Shown: piece after piece, positions 55,180 to 64,000 of the stretch
Layout: the number at the start of each line of letters is the position of its first letter
How positions within the stretch are numbered: position 1 is the stretch's first letter
Assembly (NCBI GenBank): GCA_038064735.1
Contig: JBBTSI010000003.1
Coordinates: forward strand, 90,525 to 154,524
Direction: 5' to 3'
Length of the DNA: 64,000 nt
Source of the DNA: Patescibacteria group bacterium
GTDB lineage: Bacteria; Patescibacteriota; Minisyncoccia; Phycocordibacterales; WO2-35-19
Notes under the pieces: generated by a model
What the model saw: the letters and a program-made list of their open reading frames with translations, nothing else
Database searches by the model: none
What the model was told of the DNA's origin: nothing
Made by a program: the position numbers and the translations under genes

Positions 55180-55779
55180 ATGAAAAAAAATTTAGGTTTA
55201 AAAATATTTATAATAATTTTAGTGTTATTAACCATTTGTTTTGTAACAGCATTTATTGGTTTTTCTGTAAAAAGAGATGTTTCTTTAAGTAAGAATCTTT
55301 GGGGAGGGTATGAATACCAAAAAGAATATGTTCTTGAACAAGATGTTTTTCTTATGTCTTTGGATAAATTATCTGGAACAGCTGGAGAACGGCTCGCTAT
55401 AGTTCCAGAAAAATCTTTTCATGGTAGAAGTTTTGCTAGAATGAATAGTTCACCAAACACGATAGCTGAGTATAAACAAAACCCTGAGAAAGCCAGTAAA
55501 ATTATTTTAACAGACGGTTCATTTTACCCTATAGAAGTCAAGGGAATTCTAAAAAAAGGAACAAGATTTCAAACTTATAAATTAGAAGAACACTATCAAT
55601 ACAGTTTGTTTGGTTATGATCTTTTAGATAAAAATCTTTATTATTACGTCAAAATTATCGATGGAGAGTTTGCTGGAGCTATTGCTACTATTGAAGATAT
55701 CTCATTTCATTATGAAGAGGATGGTATTTTCAAATATGAACCTGAAGAATTACTCGTTTCGCCTAATTTTTCTAATTAA
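55180..55779 (+). CDS. Membrane-anchored hypothetical protein
   Basis: N-terminal TM; no family recognised. Confidence 0.45.
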   Translation: MKKNLGLKIFIIILVLLTICFVTAFIGFSVKRDVSLSKNLWGGYEYQKEYVLEQDVFLMSLDKLSGTAGERLAIVPEKSFHGRSFARMNSSPNTIAEYKQNPEKASKIILTDGSFYPIEVKGILKKGTRFQTYKLEEHYQYSLFGYDLLDKNLYYYVKIIDGEFAGAIATIEDISFHYEEDGIFKYEPEELLVSPNFSN

Positions 55780-55839
55780 AATATTCAGCTACTGTATCTA
55801 AAATTTCGCGACCGCGAAAAAGTGACCAATCTTGTATAT

Positions 55840-56559
55840 TTATTTTACTTTAGTAGAAGTGGCTTTGGTGGATGAAGCTGTGGTGGCTTTGGCTTTAGCG
55901 ATGTCGATGGCTTTGAGAGCTGGGAGGATTTCTTTGATATCATCAACTGATTTGAAACCATAATAAACTTTATCGTTTATAAGTATGGCTGGTAGTTTAT
56001 TTTCTACATTGTAAACACTGATGAGAGTTTGCACCGCCGAAAGATCCAAATTGTAATCAAAAGAATAAACCCTTAGTTCTGGGTAATCTGATCTTAATTT
56101 GGTGAGGACATAACCTTCTCTTTGGCAATCAGGACAATCCCCTTTGTTTGAATAAAAATACATTATAAAAAGTCCGCTATTGGTTGAGCTTGAACCACAT
56201 TTATCTTTTATTTTTTGTATTAAAAGGAAGTCTTTAATTTGCAGGAGAGAGTAATATTTTTTTAGACTTAAAACTTCTGAATCATCGGAACCTCGATTTG
56301 CTTCAGTATATGAGAGTTTATCGCCGAGCGTAGCCAATTCTTTTGAAAGCAGACCGCTACTTATTTCTCGGCAAGGAAGTTCTGAAAGTAAGGAAAACTG
56401 AGTTTCCGAAGCTGAGATGTCTATTGAGATCTGACTTTCTATATCTTTGATTTCGTTTATCTTTTTTTGGCTAAAATAATTGCTGATATAAATCGCTGTC
56501 ATGAAAATGACAGCAGTAATAAGAAACGTATACGCGTATTTTTTCCAGCTTATCTCCAT
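55840..56559 (-). CDS. Membrane-anchored thioredoxin-fold-like protein with CPDC motif (possible DsbA-like oxidoreductase)
   Basis: N-terminal TM; CPDC CxxC; shared-palindrome terminator downstream. Confidence 0.45.
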   Translation of the reverse strand: MEISWKKYAYTFLITAVIFMTAIYISNYFSQKKINEIKDIESQISIDISASETQFSLLSELPCREISSGLLSKELATLGDKLSYTEANRGSDDSEVLSLKKYYSLLQIKDFLLIQKIKDKCGSSSTNSGLFIMYFYSNKGDCPDCQREGYVLTKLRSDYPELRVYSFDYNLDLSAVQTLISVYNVENKLPAILINDKVYYGFKSVDDIKEILPALKAIDIAKAKATTASSTKATSTKVK

Positions 56560-57818
56560 GTGGTTTCTTTTACAAAAAGAACATTGTAAACTGCTTTAAT
56601 CATCCAAATCGGTGCAATCAATGTATAAAACATCATAAAAAGTATGCTGTCCCAGCCAAATTTGTGTTTTTCTTCTGCTAATTTGCGTGAAGTTATGATA
56701 ATAAAAAGTGTTCCAAAAAAAGCAATCAAAGAAAGGAAAATAACAATATCAGTATTTACATAAAATAAATCAAAACTAAAACTCTGGAATTGTATTCCGA
56801 TAGCAGAAATTTCTTGTATTTTGGTTATTAAAATATTTATCCAACTCATGATCATAGCTCCCAGGAAATATAAAGTAGAAATAACAGAGAGGCCGGCCGC
56901 TGGCAAAACAATCATACTCAAGTTGCCATATTGAGGTTTAAATAACATATCGCGGTAGTCAATAGTATTTTTGAGAAAGCCATAAACCCAGCGTAGACGC
57001 TGTTTGTAAAGAGTTTTAAAATTGGTTGGAGCGATGGTATAAACGAAGGCGTTGTGGACATTACCTATCTTCATGCCGTTTCTCTGCATACGCATCGCCA
57101 TTTCCATATCTTCGGTGTGATGAGCGTGTTTATAACCACCAAGTTTTTCAAAAACAGATTTGCGGAATATAGAAAAAGGTCCAGGCGTTATGTAGAGAGC
57201 ATTTAAATAATAAAAAACCTTTCGAAGGAAAACACCGAAAATGTATTCGGCTTTTTGGATAAGACCAAGAAATCCTTTTGGTTCAAATATTTTAATAGAA
57301 GGAGTCACCGCCATTATTTCCGGGTTTTCAAATTGAGCGACTATTCTGCTCAAAGCTTCAGGGTGAACGAAGGAATCAGCGTCCAAACAGCCCACCAAAT
57401 CAGTATTAACCCTATTTAAAGCATAGTTTAAAGCCGCAAATTTGCTACCCTCATTTTCTTTTTGGAGCAAAGTGACTTGTTTGTTTTTAGCGAATTTTTG
57501 GATAACTTTCCAAGTGTTGTCGGTACTACCATCATCGACAATCAAAATAGAGAGTTTGTCTTTGGGATAATTGAGTTTCAATATGGAAAAGATGGTCTTA
57601 AGCACGGTAGTTTCCTCGTTCCAAACTGGGACGATAATGGAAACGCTTGGTAATTTTAATTTCCGTCCAATGTTGGACTTCGGGCTAGTTTCTTTGGATT
57701 CTCTTTCAGTGAATTCAAAATAAGTAATCAAAAAGAACACTTCTATGTATAGAGCGATAAAAAGAAAAACATAATTAATTGTGTCTGACACAATATTCAT
57801 TGTTCCAAATATTAACAC
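56550..57818 (-). CDS. Family 2 glycosyltransferase, processive type (integral membrane synthase-like)
   Basis: IIVPVWNEE, DDGSTD, DAD, QRLRWVYG (QxxRW) motifs; multiple C-terminal TM helices. Confidence 0.85.
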   Translation of the reverse strand: MLIFGTMNIVSDTINYVFLFIALYIEVFFLITYFEFTERESKETSPKSNIGRKLKLPSVSIIVPVWNEETTVLKTIFSILKLNYPKDKLSILIVDDGSTDNTWKVIQKFAKNKQVTLLQKENEGSKFAALNYALNRVNTDLVGCLDADSFVHPEALSRIVAQFENPEIMAVTPSIKIFEPKGFLGLIQKAEYIFGVFLRKVFYYLNALYITPGPFSIFRKSVFEKLGGYKHAHHTEDMEMAMRMQRNGMKIGNVHNAFVYTIAPTNFKTLYKQRLRWVYGFLKNTIDYRDMLFKPQYGNLSMIVLPAAGLSVISTLYFLGAMIMSWINILITKIQEISAIGIQFQSFSFDLFYVNTDIVIFLSLIAFFGTLFIIITSRKLAEEKHKFGWDSILFMMFYTLIAPIWMIKAVYNVLFVKETTWR

Positions 57819-57820
57819 AT

Positions 57821-58963
57821 TTAACGGATATTCGCCAGAAATACTTTCTTAGTTTCTTCTTCAAGTTTTTTGTGTAAAGTATCTACCTCCAAGCTGAGCA
57901 AAGTTTTATCTAAAGAACGATAAACAATACGGAAAGTGTAACTTATCTTACCTTCACCGAATTTAGCGCTATTTTCAAATTTATCAAGCAATTTAACTTC
58001 TTCAATCAAGTTTTCTCCTACCGTTTCGCGTATCAAATCAAAATAATTATTGGCAATGAAGGTATTTTCTACCACAAAAGAGATATCGCGGACTACTGGC
58101 GGATATTTACTAACTTCTTTGTATTTGACCCCTAGTTTGAGCTGTTTTTTGACTCTTTCATCTTCTGACCAAAGCAGACGGATGTCGGGGAGTTCCATAC
58201 CTATAATAGCTAATCTCTCCAGACCGAAGCCGAAAGCCCAACCAGTGTAATTTTTGGAATCCACACCAAGTTTTTCCAAAACACTTGGGAAAACTACTCC
58301 GCAACCCAAAACTTCTATCCATTTGCCTCCTACTTCGATCTCCATTTCCAAACTCGGATCCGTGTAAGGGAAAGTGTCAGGATTGAAGCGGTATTTGATA
58401 TCTTTGCCGAAAACCGATTGCACGATTTCAACCAAAATGTCTTTCAGGTGTTCTACGTTTATAACTCCTTTTTCTTTGGGAATGATGTACCAGCCATCAA
58501 TCTGATGAAAAACATTCATGTGGTGACGATCAATCTCGTCTTTACGGTAAACTTTGCCGTAAGAGATGACGCCGATAGATTCGTTATTTTTGATTTTTTC
58601 TTTACCGAAGTCCGATGTCAAATAGTAATACCAAGAAACAGTGGTCTGAGTACGCAAAACATTTTTTTCATCTACGAAATAAGTGTCTGATTTGCTTCGA
58701 GCAGGATGATCTGGTGGATAATTAAAAAGGTCAAAATTAACATCATAAGGTACAACTTCGGGAATCTTTATATCGTCAAAACCTTTCAAACCTTCTACAT
58801 TTTTAGCTTTATCAATCAAAGCTTTGATTGGGCTACCATCTGTGCGAGACAAATCCGGCATGCTCAAATACCGCTTCATGCGCAAAGCATCGGCATCATC
58901 ACGCTTTTCCAAGCCCTTGAGCAATTCCTGTTCTTCTTTTGTTGATATATTGTATTCAGCCAT
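57821..58963 (-). CDS. pheS: Phenylalanyl-tRNA synthetase alpha subunit
   Basis: GKVYRKDEIDRHHMNVFHQIDGW and FGFGLERLAI class II motifs. Confidence 0.88.
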   Translation of the reverse strand: MAEYNISTKEEQELLKGLEKRDDADALRMKRYLSMPDLSRTDGSPIKALIDKAKNVEGLKGFDDIKIPEVVPYDVNFDLFNYPPDHPARSKSDTYFVDEKNVLRTQTTVSWYYYLTSDFGKEKIKNNESIGVISYGKVYRKDEIDRHHMNVFHQIDGWYIIPKEKGVINVEHLKDILVEIVQSVFGKDIKYRFNPDTFPYTDPSLEMEIEVGGKWIEVLGCGVVFPSVLEKLGVDSKNYTGWAFGFGLERLAIIGMELPDIRLLWSEDERVKKQLKLGVKYKEVSKYPPVVRDISFVVENTFIANNYFDLIRETVGENLIEEVKLLDKFENSAKFGEGKISYTFRIVYRSLDKTLLSLEVDTLHKKLEEETKKVFLANIR

Positions 58964-59039
58964 TTGTTTTTAAGCCTTATTTTGTATAGAAAAGATTGTA
59001 GCAAAATAAATCTAAATTTGCTATAATAAAGGTACAAAT

Positions 59040-61148
59040 ATGGCAAAAATCAAAGAAGACAAGAAGCAAAAGGCCAAAGAAACAAATAGTTACAATGCTG
59101 AATCCATAACAGTTTTAGAGGGTTTGGAGCCGGTACGCCGAAGGCCTGGAATGTACATCGGTACCACGGGTCCAGACGGTTTGCACCACCTTATAACCGA
59201 GATTTTTGATAACTCCCGCGATGAAGCGATGGGCGGTTTTGCCAATGATATTGAAGTAGCATTCCTCCCTGGCAACCGCGTCAGAGTAGCTGACAACGGC
59301 CGAGGTATCCCTGTTGATATCCACAAACAAACCAAAGTTTCTGCTTTGGAAACCATCCTCTCTACTCTTCATGCCGGAGGCAAGTTTGGTGGTGATGGTT
59401 ACAAAGTTTCCGGAGGTCTCCACGGCGTGGGTGCATCGGTCGTCAATGCTCTTTCGATTTTTATGCGCGCTGAAATTCACAAAGATGGCGGTATTTACGT
59501 CCAAGAATATTCTAAAGGCAAGAGAAAAGCATCGGTGAAAAAAGTCGGCTCAACTAAAATGAGCGGTTCCATTATTACCTTTGAACCGGATGCCGAAATT
59601 TTCAAAGAAGGGACAACTTTTGATTTTGAAAAAGTGGTGCATCATATGCGTCAACAAGCTTATTTGGTGAAAGGGCTCAAAATATCTCTTATTGATTTGA
59701 GAGAGGCGGAAGGGAAGGTCAAAGACACCGAAGTTTTCTATTTACGTGATTTGGGATTGGAAGCTCCTTCAACTTCATTTTATTTTGACGGAGGACTTAT
59801 GTCACTCATCAGGTTTTATAACCAAAACCAAAAAACCATTCACCGCAACGTATTTTATGTCGAAAAAATGAATGACAATTTTGAAGGAGTGGAAGTAGCT
59901 CTGCAATACATTGACGATATATCGGCCCGCATCATGCCTTTCGCCAACAATATTTATAACGTAGAAGGCGGTACTCATATCACCGGTTTCAAAACCGCTT
60001 TAACTAGGACTCTCAACAATTACGCCAAGAAAAACAATCTGGCCAAAAATGGCGATGATACTTTCACTGGAGACGACGTTTTGGAGGGATTGACCGCCGT
60101 CATTTCAATTAAACTTCGCGAAATTCAATTTGAAGGCCAAACCAAATCCAAACTCGGGTCAGTTGAAGCCAGAGGTATGACCGAAAGCATCTTTGGTGAA
60201 GCTTTTGAAGCTTTCCTTGAAGAAAATCCTGATGATGCCAAATCAATAGTGAGCAAAGTTATCTTGGCTCAGCGCGCTCGCAAAGCTGCCAAAGCCGCCA
60301 AAGATTCAATCCTCCGAAAAGGCGCTTTGGAAGGTATGACCCTACCTGGTAAACTTGCCGATTGCCAATCAAATTCGGCTGAAGAGTCTGAAATCTTTAT
60401 CGTAGAGGGAGATTCGGCCGGTGGTACTGCTAAAACAGGTAGAAATCGTAAATATCAAGCTATCTTGCCACTACGAGGTAAAATTTTGAACATTGAAAGG
60501 GCTAGGCTTGACCGTATGCTGGCTTCTGAGCAAATCAAAAATATGGTGGTGGCTTTTGGTACCGCTATCGGTGATACATTTGATATTAGCAAACTCCGTT
60601 ATCACAAAATAATCATCGCTACCGATGCCGACGTTGACGGCGCGCACATCCGCACTCTTATCCTAACTTTGCTTTATAGATATTTCAGACCACTTATTGA
60701 TGGAGGATTTGTTTATATCGCTCAACCACCTCTTTATAAAATCAAAAAAGGTAAAGAAGTTCACTATGCATATTCTGATGATGAGAAAGCAAAAATAATT
60801 GGCCCCACCTCCGTTGAAGCTTCGGCGGGCGAAGAAAGAATTGAAGTTGTTGAAGTTGAAAGCGATGCCGACTCCGCTTCTGAAGAAGGAGTAGAGGAAT
60901 CTTCAGAAGCTTCGACGAGCCGAGGGAAATCCAAAATTTCAGTGCAACGCTACAAAGGTTTGGGAGAAATGAATGCAGAAGAACTTTGGGAGACCACTAT
61001 GGATCCAAAACGCCGTATCTTGAAGCAAATCACTATTGACGAAGCCGGTGAAGCCGACCGTATCTTTGATATCCTCATGGGCACCGACGTCCCCGCCCGC
61101 AAGAGCTTTATCCAATCCAACGCCAAATTGGCTACTATTGATATTTAA
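59040..61148 (+). CDS. gyrB: DNA gyrase subunit B (type IIA topoisomerase B subunit) with ~35-aa acidic C-terminal-domain insertion
   Basis: GHKL ATPase motifs, Toprim EGDSAGG, QRYKGLGEM. Confidence 0.92.
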   Translation: MAKIKEDKKQKAKETNSYNAESITVLEGLEPVRRRPGMYIGTTGPDGLHHLITEIFDNSRDEAMGGFANDIEVAFLPGNRVRVADNGRGIPVDIHKQTKVSALETILSTLHAGGKFGGDGYKVSGGLHGVGASVVNALSIFMRAEIHKDGGIYVQEYSKGKRKASVKKVGSTKMSGSIITFEPDAEIFKEGTTFDFEKVVHHMRQQAYLVKGLKISLIDLREAEGKVKDTEVFYLRDLGLEAPSTSFYFDGGLMSLIRFYNQNQKTIHRNVFYVEKMNDNFEGVEVALQYIDDISARIMPFANNIYNVEGGTHITGFKTALTRTLNNYAKKNNLAKNGDDTFTGDDVLEGLTAVISIKLREIQFEGQTKSKLGSVEARGMTESIFGEAFEAFLEENPDDAKSIVSKVILAQRARKAAKAAKDSILRKGALEGMTLPGKLADCQSNSAEESEIFIVEGDSAGGTAKTGRNRKYQAILPLRGKILNIERARLDRMLASEQIKNMVVAFGTAIGDTFDISKLRYHKIIIATDADVDGAHIRTLILTLLYRYFRPLIDGGFVYIAQPPLYKIKKGKEVHYAYSDDEKAKIIGPTSVEASAGEERIEVVEVESDADSASEEGVEESSEASTSRGKSKISVQRYKGLGEMNAEELWETTMDPKRRILKQITIDEAGEADRIFDILMGTDVPARKSFIQSNAKLATIDI

Positions 61149-61217
61149 TTATCAAAAATTATGGGAGAAAAATTTGGACCATGTGTAGAAAAAAATTGTT
61201 AAGAATGTTGTAACCCA

Positions 61218-61505
61218 GTGAAAGTTGCTAGATTTTTCCCAGAAGAAAATATTCCAAAAGACGCAGATGGTAATAATTTGTGGGAAAAAAGGGAAGGATT
61301 ACTCATACCAGAGAACCAACCCCAAGAAATAAAATTAGAAACTTATGACTGTAAAAATTTTGATGTTGAAAAAGGGCTATGCAAGAACTATGAAAACAGG
61401 CCAGACATTTGTAGAAATTCTGGATGTGTAGACAAAAGTTCACCTGAATCAGAAGAGGAACAATTCAAAAAATTGAGTGAACAAAAATTTATAAAAATAG
61501 GATAG
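61218..61505 (+). CDS. Small Cys-containing hypothetical protein (GTG start)
   Basis: YDCKNFDVEKGLCKNYENRPDICRNSGC four-Cys region. Confidence 0.4.
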   Translation: MKVARFFPEENIPKDADGNNLWEKREGLLIPENQPQEIKLETYDCKNFDVEKGLCKNYENRPDICRNSGCVDKSSPESEEEQFKKLSEQKFIKIG

Positions 61506-61522
61506 TACTATAGAAATTTGAT

Positions 61523-62614
61523 ATGAAAAAGAAAATTAAAGTTGGTATTCTTTTCGGCGGAAAATCAGCGGAACATGAAGTATCATTGCAATCGGCAAAA
61601 AATGTGTTTGATGCTATTGATAAAAATAAATATGAAGTTGCTCTTATAGGAATAGACAAAACTGGTAAGTGGCTACTTTCGAATAAATCTCAATTTTTGT
61701 TGAATACTAACAATCCAAAATTAATCAGGATAAACAAGACGGGTGAGAAAAATGTTGCTCTTGTTCCACAAAGTGGCGGTAAGCTCACTAATTTTTCGGA
61801 TCAAAGTTCAACTTCTTCTGTAGATGTGGTTTTTCCAATATTACACGGCCCGTTTGGTGAAGACGGAACAGTTCAAGGATTATTAAAGCTAGCAGGTATT
61901 CCTTTTGTTGGAGCGAGTGTTCTTGGTTCTGCTGTTGGAATGGACAAAGATGTAATGAAAAGATTGTTAAGAGATGCAAATATTCCTATCGCTGATTTTA
62001 TAACTTTTAAACAAGAAGATAAAATTGACTTCAAAGTTGTCTCAAAAAAACTAAAACTTCCTTTTTTTGTTAAACCAGCTAATCTCGGATCTTCTGTCGG
62101 AATCAATAAAGTGACAAATAAAAGCGCTTTTTTGAAAGCCATTAGGGAAGCATTTCAGTATGATACAAAGATTATTATTGAAGAGTATATTCGAGGCAGA
62201 GAACTTGAATGTTCTGTATTGGGTAATCAAAATCCGATTGCCTCTGGTGTAGGGGAAGTTATACCACACCGCGATTTTTACTCATACGAAGCAAAATATA
62301 TTGATGAAAACGGGGCGACTCTTGAAATACCGGCTAAAATAAAACCTCAGATTGTTAAAAATGTGCAAGAGTTGGCAATAAAAACATTTAAAACACTTTC
62401 TTGTGAAGGTTTAGGTAGGGTAGATTTATTTTTGAAAGATAATGGCAAACTGATTGTTAATGAAATAAATACAATTCCAGGATTTACTAAAATAAGCATG
62501 TATCCTCGCCTTTGGGAAGCTAGTGGCATTTCCTACAAAAATCTTATAGATCGTTTAATTAGCCTTGCCATAGAACGTTTTAAACAAGAACAAAAACTTA
62601 AAACATCTCACTAG
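61523..62614 (+). CDS. ddl: D-alanine--D-alanine ligase
   Basis: ATP-grasp; N-terminal GGKSAEHEVSLQSA. Confidence 0.9.
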   Translation: MKKKIKVGILFGGKSAEHEVSLQSAKNVFDAIDKNKYEVALIGIDKTGKWLLSNKSQFLLNTNNPKLIRINKTGEKNVALVPQSGGKLTNFSDQSSTSSVDVVFPILHGPFGEDGTVQGLLKLAGIPFVGASVLGSAVGMDKDVMKRLLRDANIPIADFITFKQEDKIDFKVVSKKLKLPFFVKPANLGSSVGINKVTNKSAFLKAIREAFQYDTKIIIEEYIRGRELECSVLGNQNPIASGVGEVIPHRDFYSYEAKYIDENGATLEIPAKIKPQIVKNVQELAIKTFKTLSCEGLGRVDLFLKDNGKLIVNEINTIPGFTKISMYPRLWEASGISYKNLIDRLISLAIERFKQEQKLKTSH

Positions 62615-62688
62615 AAAATAAAAATATTTTATTTTCTTTCTCTGATTTCTTTCTGGATACAATTTCAATTTGTAGCGATTAATCGTAT

Positions 62689-63408
62689 GTCCAAAGATGC
62701 CCATTGGATGCTTTAAATGTGATACAATATCTATGTGAATAAAAGGGATTATAAACAATTTGCTAAAGGTTCTATTTATCATATTTACAATCGGGGCGTA
62801 AATAAGATGAATATTTTTGAGACAGAATATGATTACAGAGTTTTTTTATTTCGTTTAAAAGAGAATTTATTTCCAAATAATGAAAAAGATACCCGGTCTA
62901 AACTTCCAAAACGACAACAAAGAAGAAAATTATTACCCCCAAATTCTTTTGAATTAATTGCTTATTGTCTGATGCCAAATCATTTTCATTTGCTTATTCA
63001 ACAAAAAACTGAACTACCTATAACTAAATTGATATCAAAAGTTTGCACAGGTTATTCAAAATATTTTAACAAAACTTATGAAAGAGTAGGCCAGCTTTTT
63101 CAAGATCAATTTAAATCCATTACAATAGATGATAATGAACAATTACTTTGGACTTCTTTTTATATTCACAAAAATCCAATAGAAGCGGGTATGGTGGAAA
63201 ATCCTGAACAATATAATTGGAGTAGCTATAAGGAATATTTAGAAAATAAAAATTATTTTTGTAATAAAAAAATTATATTAGAACAATTCAATAATCCTAA
63301 AAAATATTTTGAATATTTTAAAAAAGATAATGAATCAATAGTATCTTTGAGATATCTGTATTTTGATTTCAATGAATAGACTAGCGTCCAATGGGCATCT
63401 TTGGACGC
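62689..63408. mobile_element. REPtron-like unit: RAYT/IS200-family HUH transposase gene flanked by 20-bp inverted hairpin repeats
   Basis: GTCCAAAGATGCCCATTGGA at 62689-62708 and its reverse complement within 63384-63408; right copy folds as GCGTCCAA-loop-TTGGACGC plus T run. Confidence 0.6.
62735..63379 (+). CDS. REP-associated tyrosine transposase (RAYT) / IS200-like Y1 HUH transposase (GTG start)
   Basis: HIYNRG, HUH motif NHFHLL, catalytic-Tyr region YIHKNP..WSSY; 214 aa. Confidence 0.8.
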   Translation: MNKRDYKQFAKGSIYHIYNRGVNKMNIFETEYDYRVFLFRLKENLFPNNEKDTRSKLPKRQQRRKLLPPNSFELIAYCLMPNHFHLLIQQKTELPITKLISKVCTGYSKYFNKTYERVGQLFQDQFKSITIDDNEQLLWTSFYIHKNPIEAGMVENPEQYNWSSYKEYLENKNYFCNKKIILEQFNNPKKYFEYFKKDNESIVSLRYLYFDFNE

Positions 63409-63422
63409 TTTTGTTCTAACTT

Positions 63423-64000
63423 TTATTTCTTCTCTTTAATTTCTTTTTGGAGGAGTTCTAAAAGTTTTTCGGAAGAGAGAGATTCTGTTTTAGTACTTTC
63501 TCTAGATTCCAAAACAAAAGTTTTTGATTCAACTTCTTTGTTGCCAACAACAATCCAATAAGGAATTTTTTCGTTTTTGGCTTTACGGACTTTGCCGCCG
63601 AGATTTTCATCAGCCAAATCAACTTCAGTCCTGATGTCGTTTTGTTTAAGTAGTTCAAAAACTTCTTTAGCATATTCGTTGTGATTTTCTCTTACTGGGA
63701 TAATTTTGACCTGGACAGGTGAGAGCCAGAGAGGGAAATTGCCCGCATAGTGTTCAATAAGTATTCCTATAAATCTCTCAAATGAGCCGAATATAGCGAC
63801 GTGCAAAACTACTACACGGTGTTTCTTGCCATCTTCACCGACATAATCCATTTCAAAATTTTCAGGTTGATTGAAATCAAGCTGGATAGTGGTCAGTTGC
63901 CATTCACGGCCGATTGAATCTTTAATTTTAATATCAATCTTTGGCCCATAAAAAGCGGCTTCGCCTTCTTCAATACTGAATGGTACGTTCCATTTTTTAA
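63423..64000 (-). CDS. thrS: Threonyl-tRNA synthetase, C-terminal part (5' end beyond window)
   Basis: WQLTTIQLDFNQPENF and anticodon-binding domain HRVVVLHVAIFGSFERFIGILIEH. Confidence 0.88.
   Translation of the reverse strand, partial: KKWNVPFSIEEGEAAFYGPKIDIKIKDSIGREWQLTTIQLDFNQPENFEMDYVGEDGKKHRVVVLHVAIFGSFERFIGILIEHYAGNFPLWLSPVQVKIIPVRENHNEYAKEVFELLKQNDIRTEVDLADENLGGKVRKAKNEKIPYWIVVGNKEVESKTFVLESRESTKTESLSSEKLLELLQKEIKEKK

Noticed and set aside
1-64000. CRISPR arrays or rRNA genes
   Set aside because: No regularly spaced direct repeats and no rRNA-like conserved stretches were seen anywhere in the window.
1-64000. Alternative genetic code (UGA recoding)
   Set aside because: Long housekeeping ORFs (gyrB, ftsZ, nrdJ) are intact with standard stops and genes end in TAA/TAG/TGA normally.

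Overview
AT-rich, gene-dense bacterial chromosome segment with standard stop codons, at least 5 dispersed single tRNA genes, and no CRISPR or rRNA. It is mostly housekeeping genes. Features seen: lysS (5' end may lie outside the window), a reduced dcw cluster (mraZ-rsmH-ftsL-ftsI) that ends at a tRNA, and dispersed ftsA-ftsZ, ddl, dnaB, recR, gyrB, rmuC. Also tgt, truB, ybeY, pth, lepB, pheS, a hisS-like gene and thrS (partial), ribosomal proteins (L21, S21, S1, L25, L31, S2), EF-Ts and RF1. Sugar-phosphate genes include gap, rpiB, a split transketolase, class II aldolase and a PfkB kinase; others include class II RNR with ATP cone, trxB, FKBP and LOG family. Gene order and the many small membrane ORFs are consistent with a small-genome (possibly CPR/Patescibacteria-like) organism, but this is inference. 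Accessory or unusual content: (1) a soluble 919-aa VirD4/TraG-like P-loop ATPase followed by three small genes with textbook promoters; (2) an envelope gene cluster (Gly/Ser/Asn-rich secreted protein plus two OmpA-like proteins); (3) a DUF559 cassette flanked by ~65-bp hairpin-bearing inverted repeats with compensatory changes; (4) a REPtron-like RAYT/IS200-family gene flanked by 20-bp inverted hairpin repeats; (5) an identical 15-bp inverted-repeat pair abutting the ATG of two unrelated genes; (6) four perfect DnaA boxes, all intergenic, including one upstream of nrdJ and one beside a GTGG-repeat MraZ-type operator; (7) pervasive -10 hexamer-N6-ATG (leaderless-type) gene starts; (8) in-frame palindromic/repeat-flanked insertions in truB and gyrB; (9) promoter-to-terminator sRNA candidates. 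All calls rest on reading the sequence and translations by eye; no searches were run.
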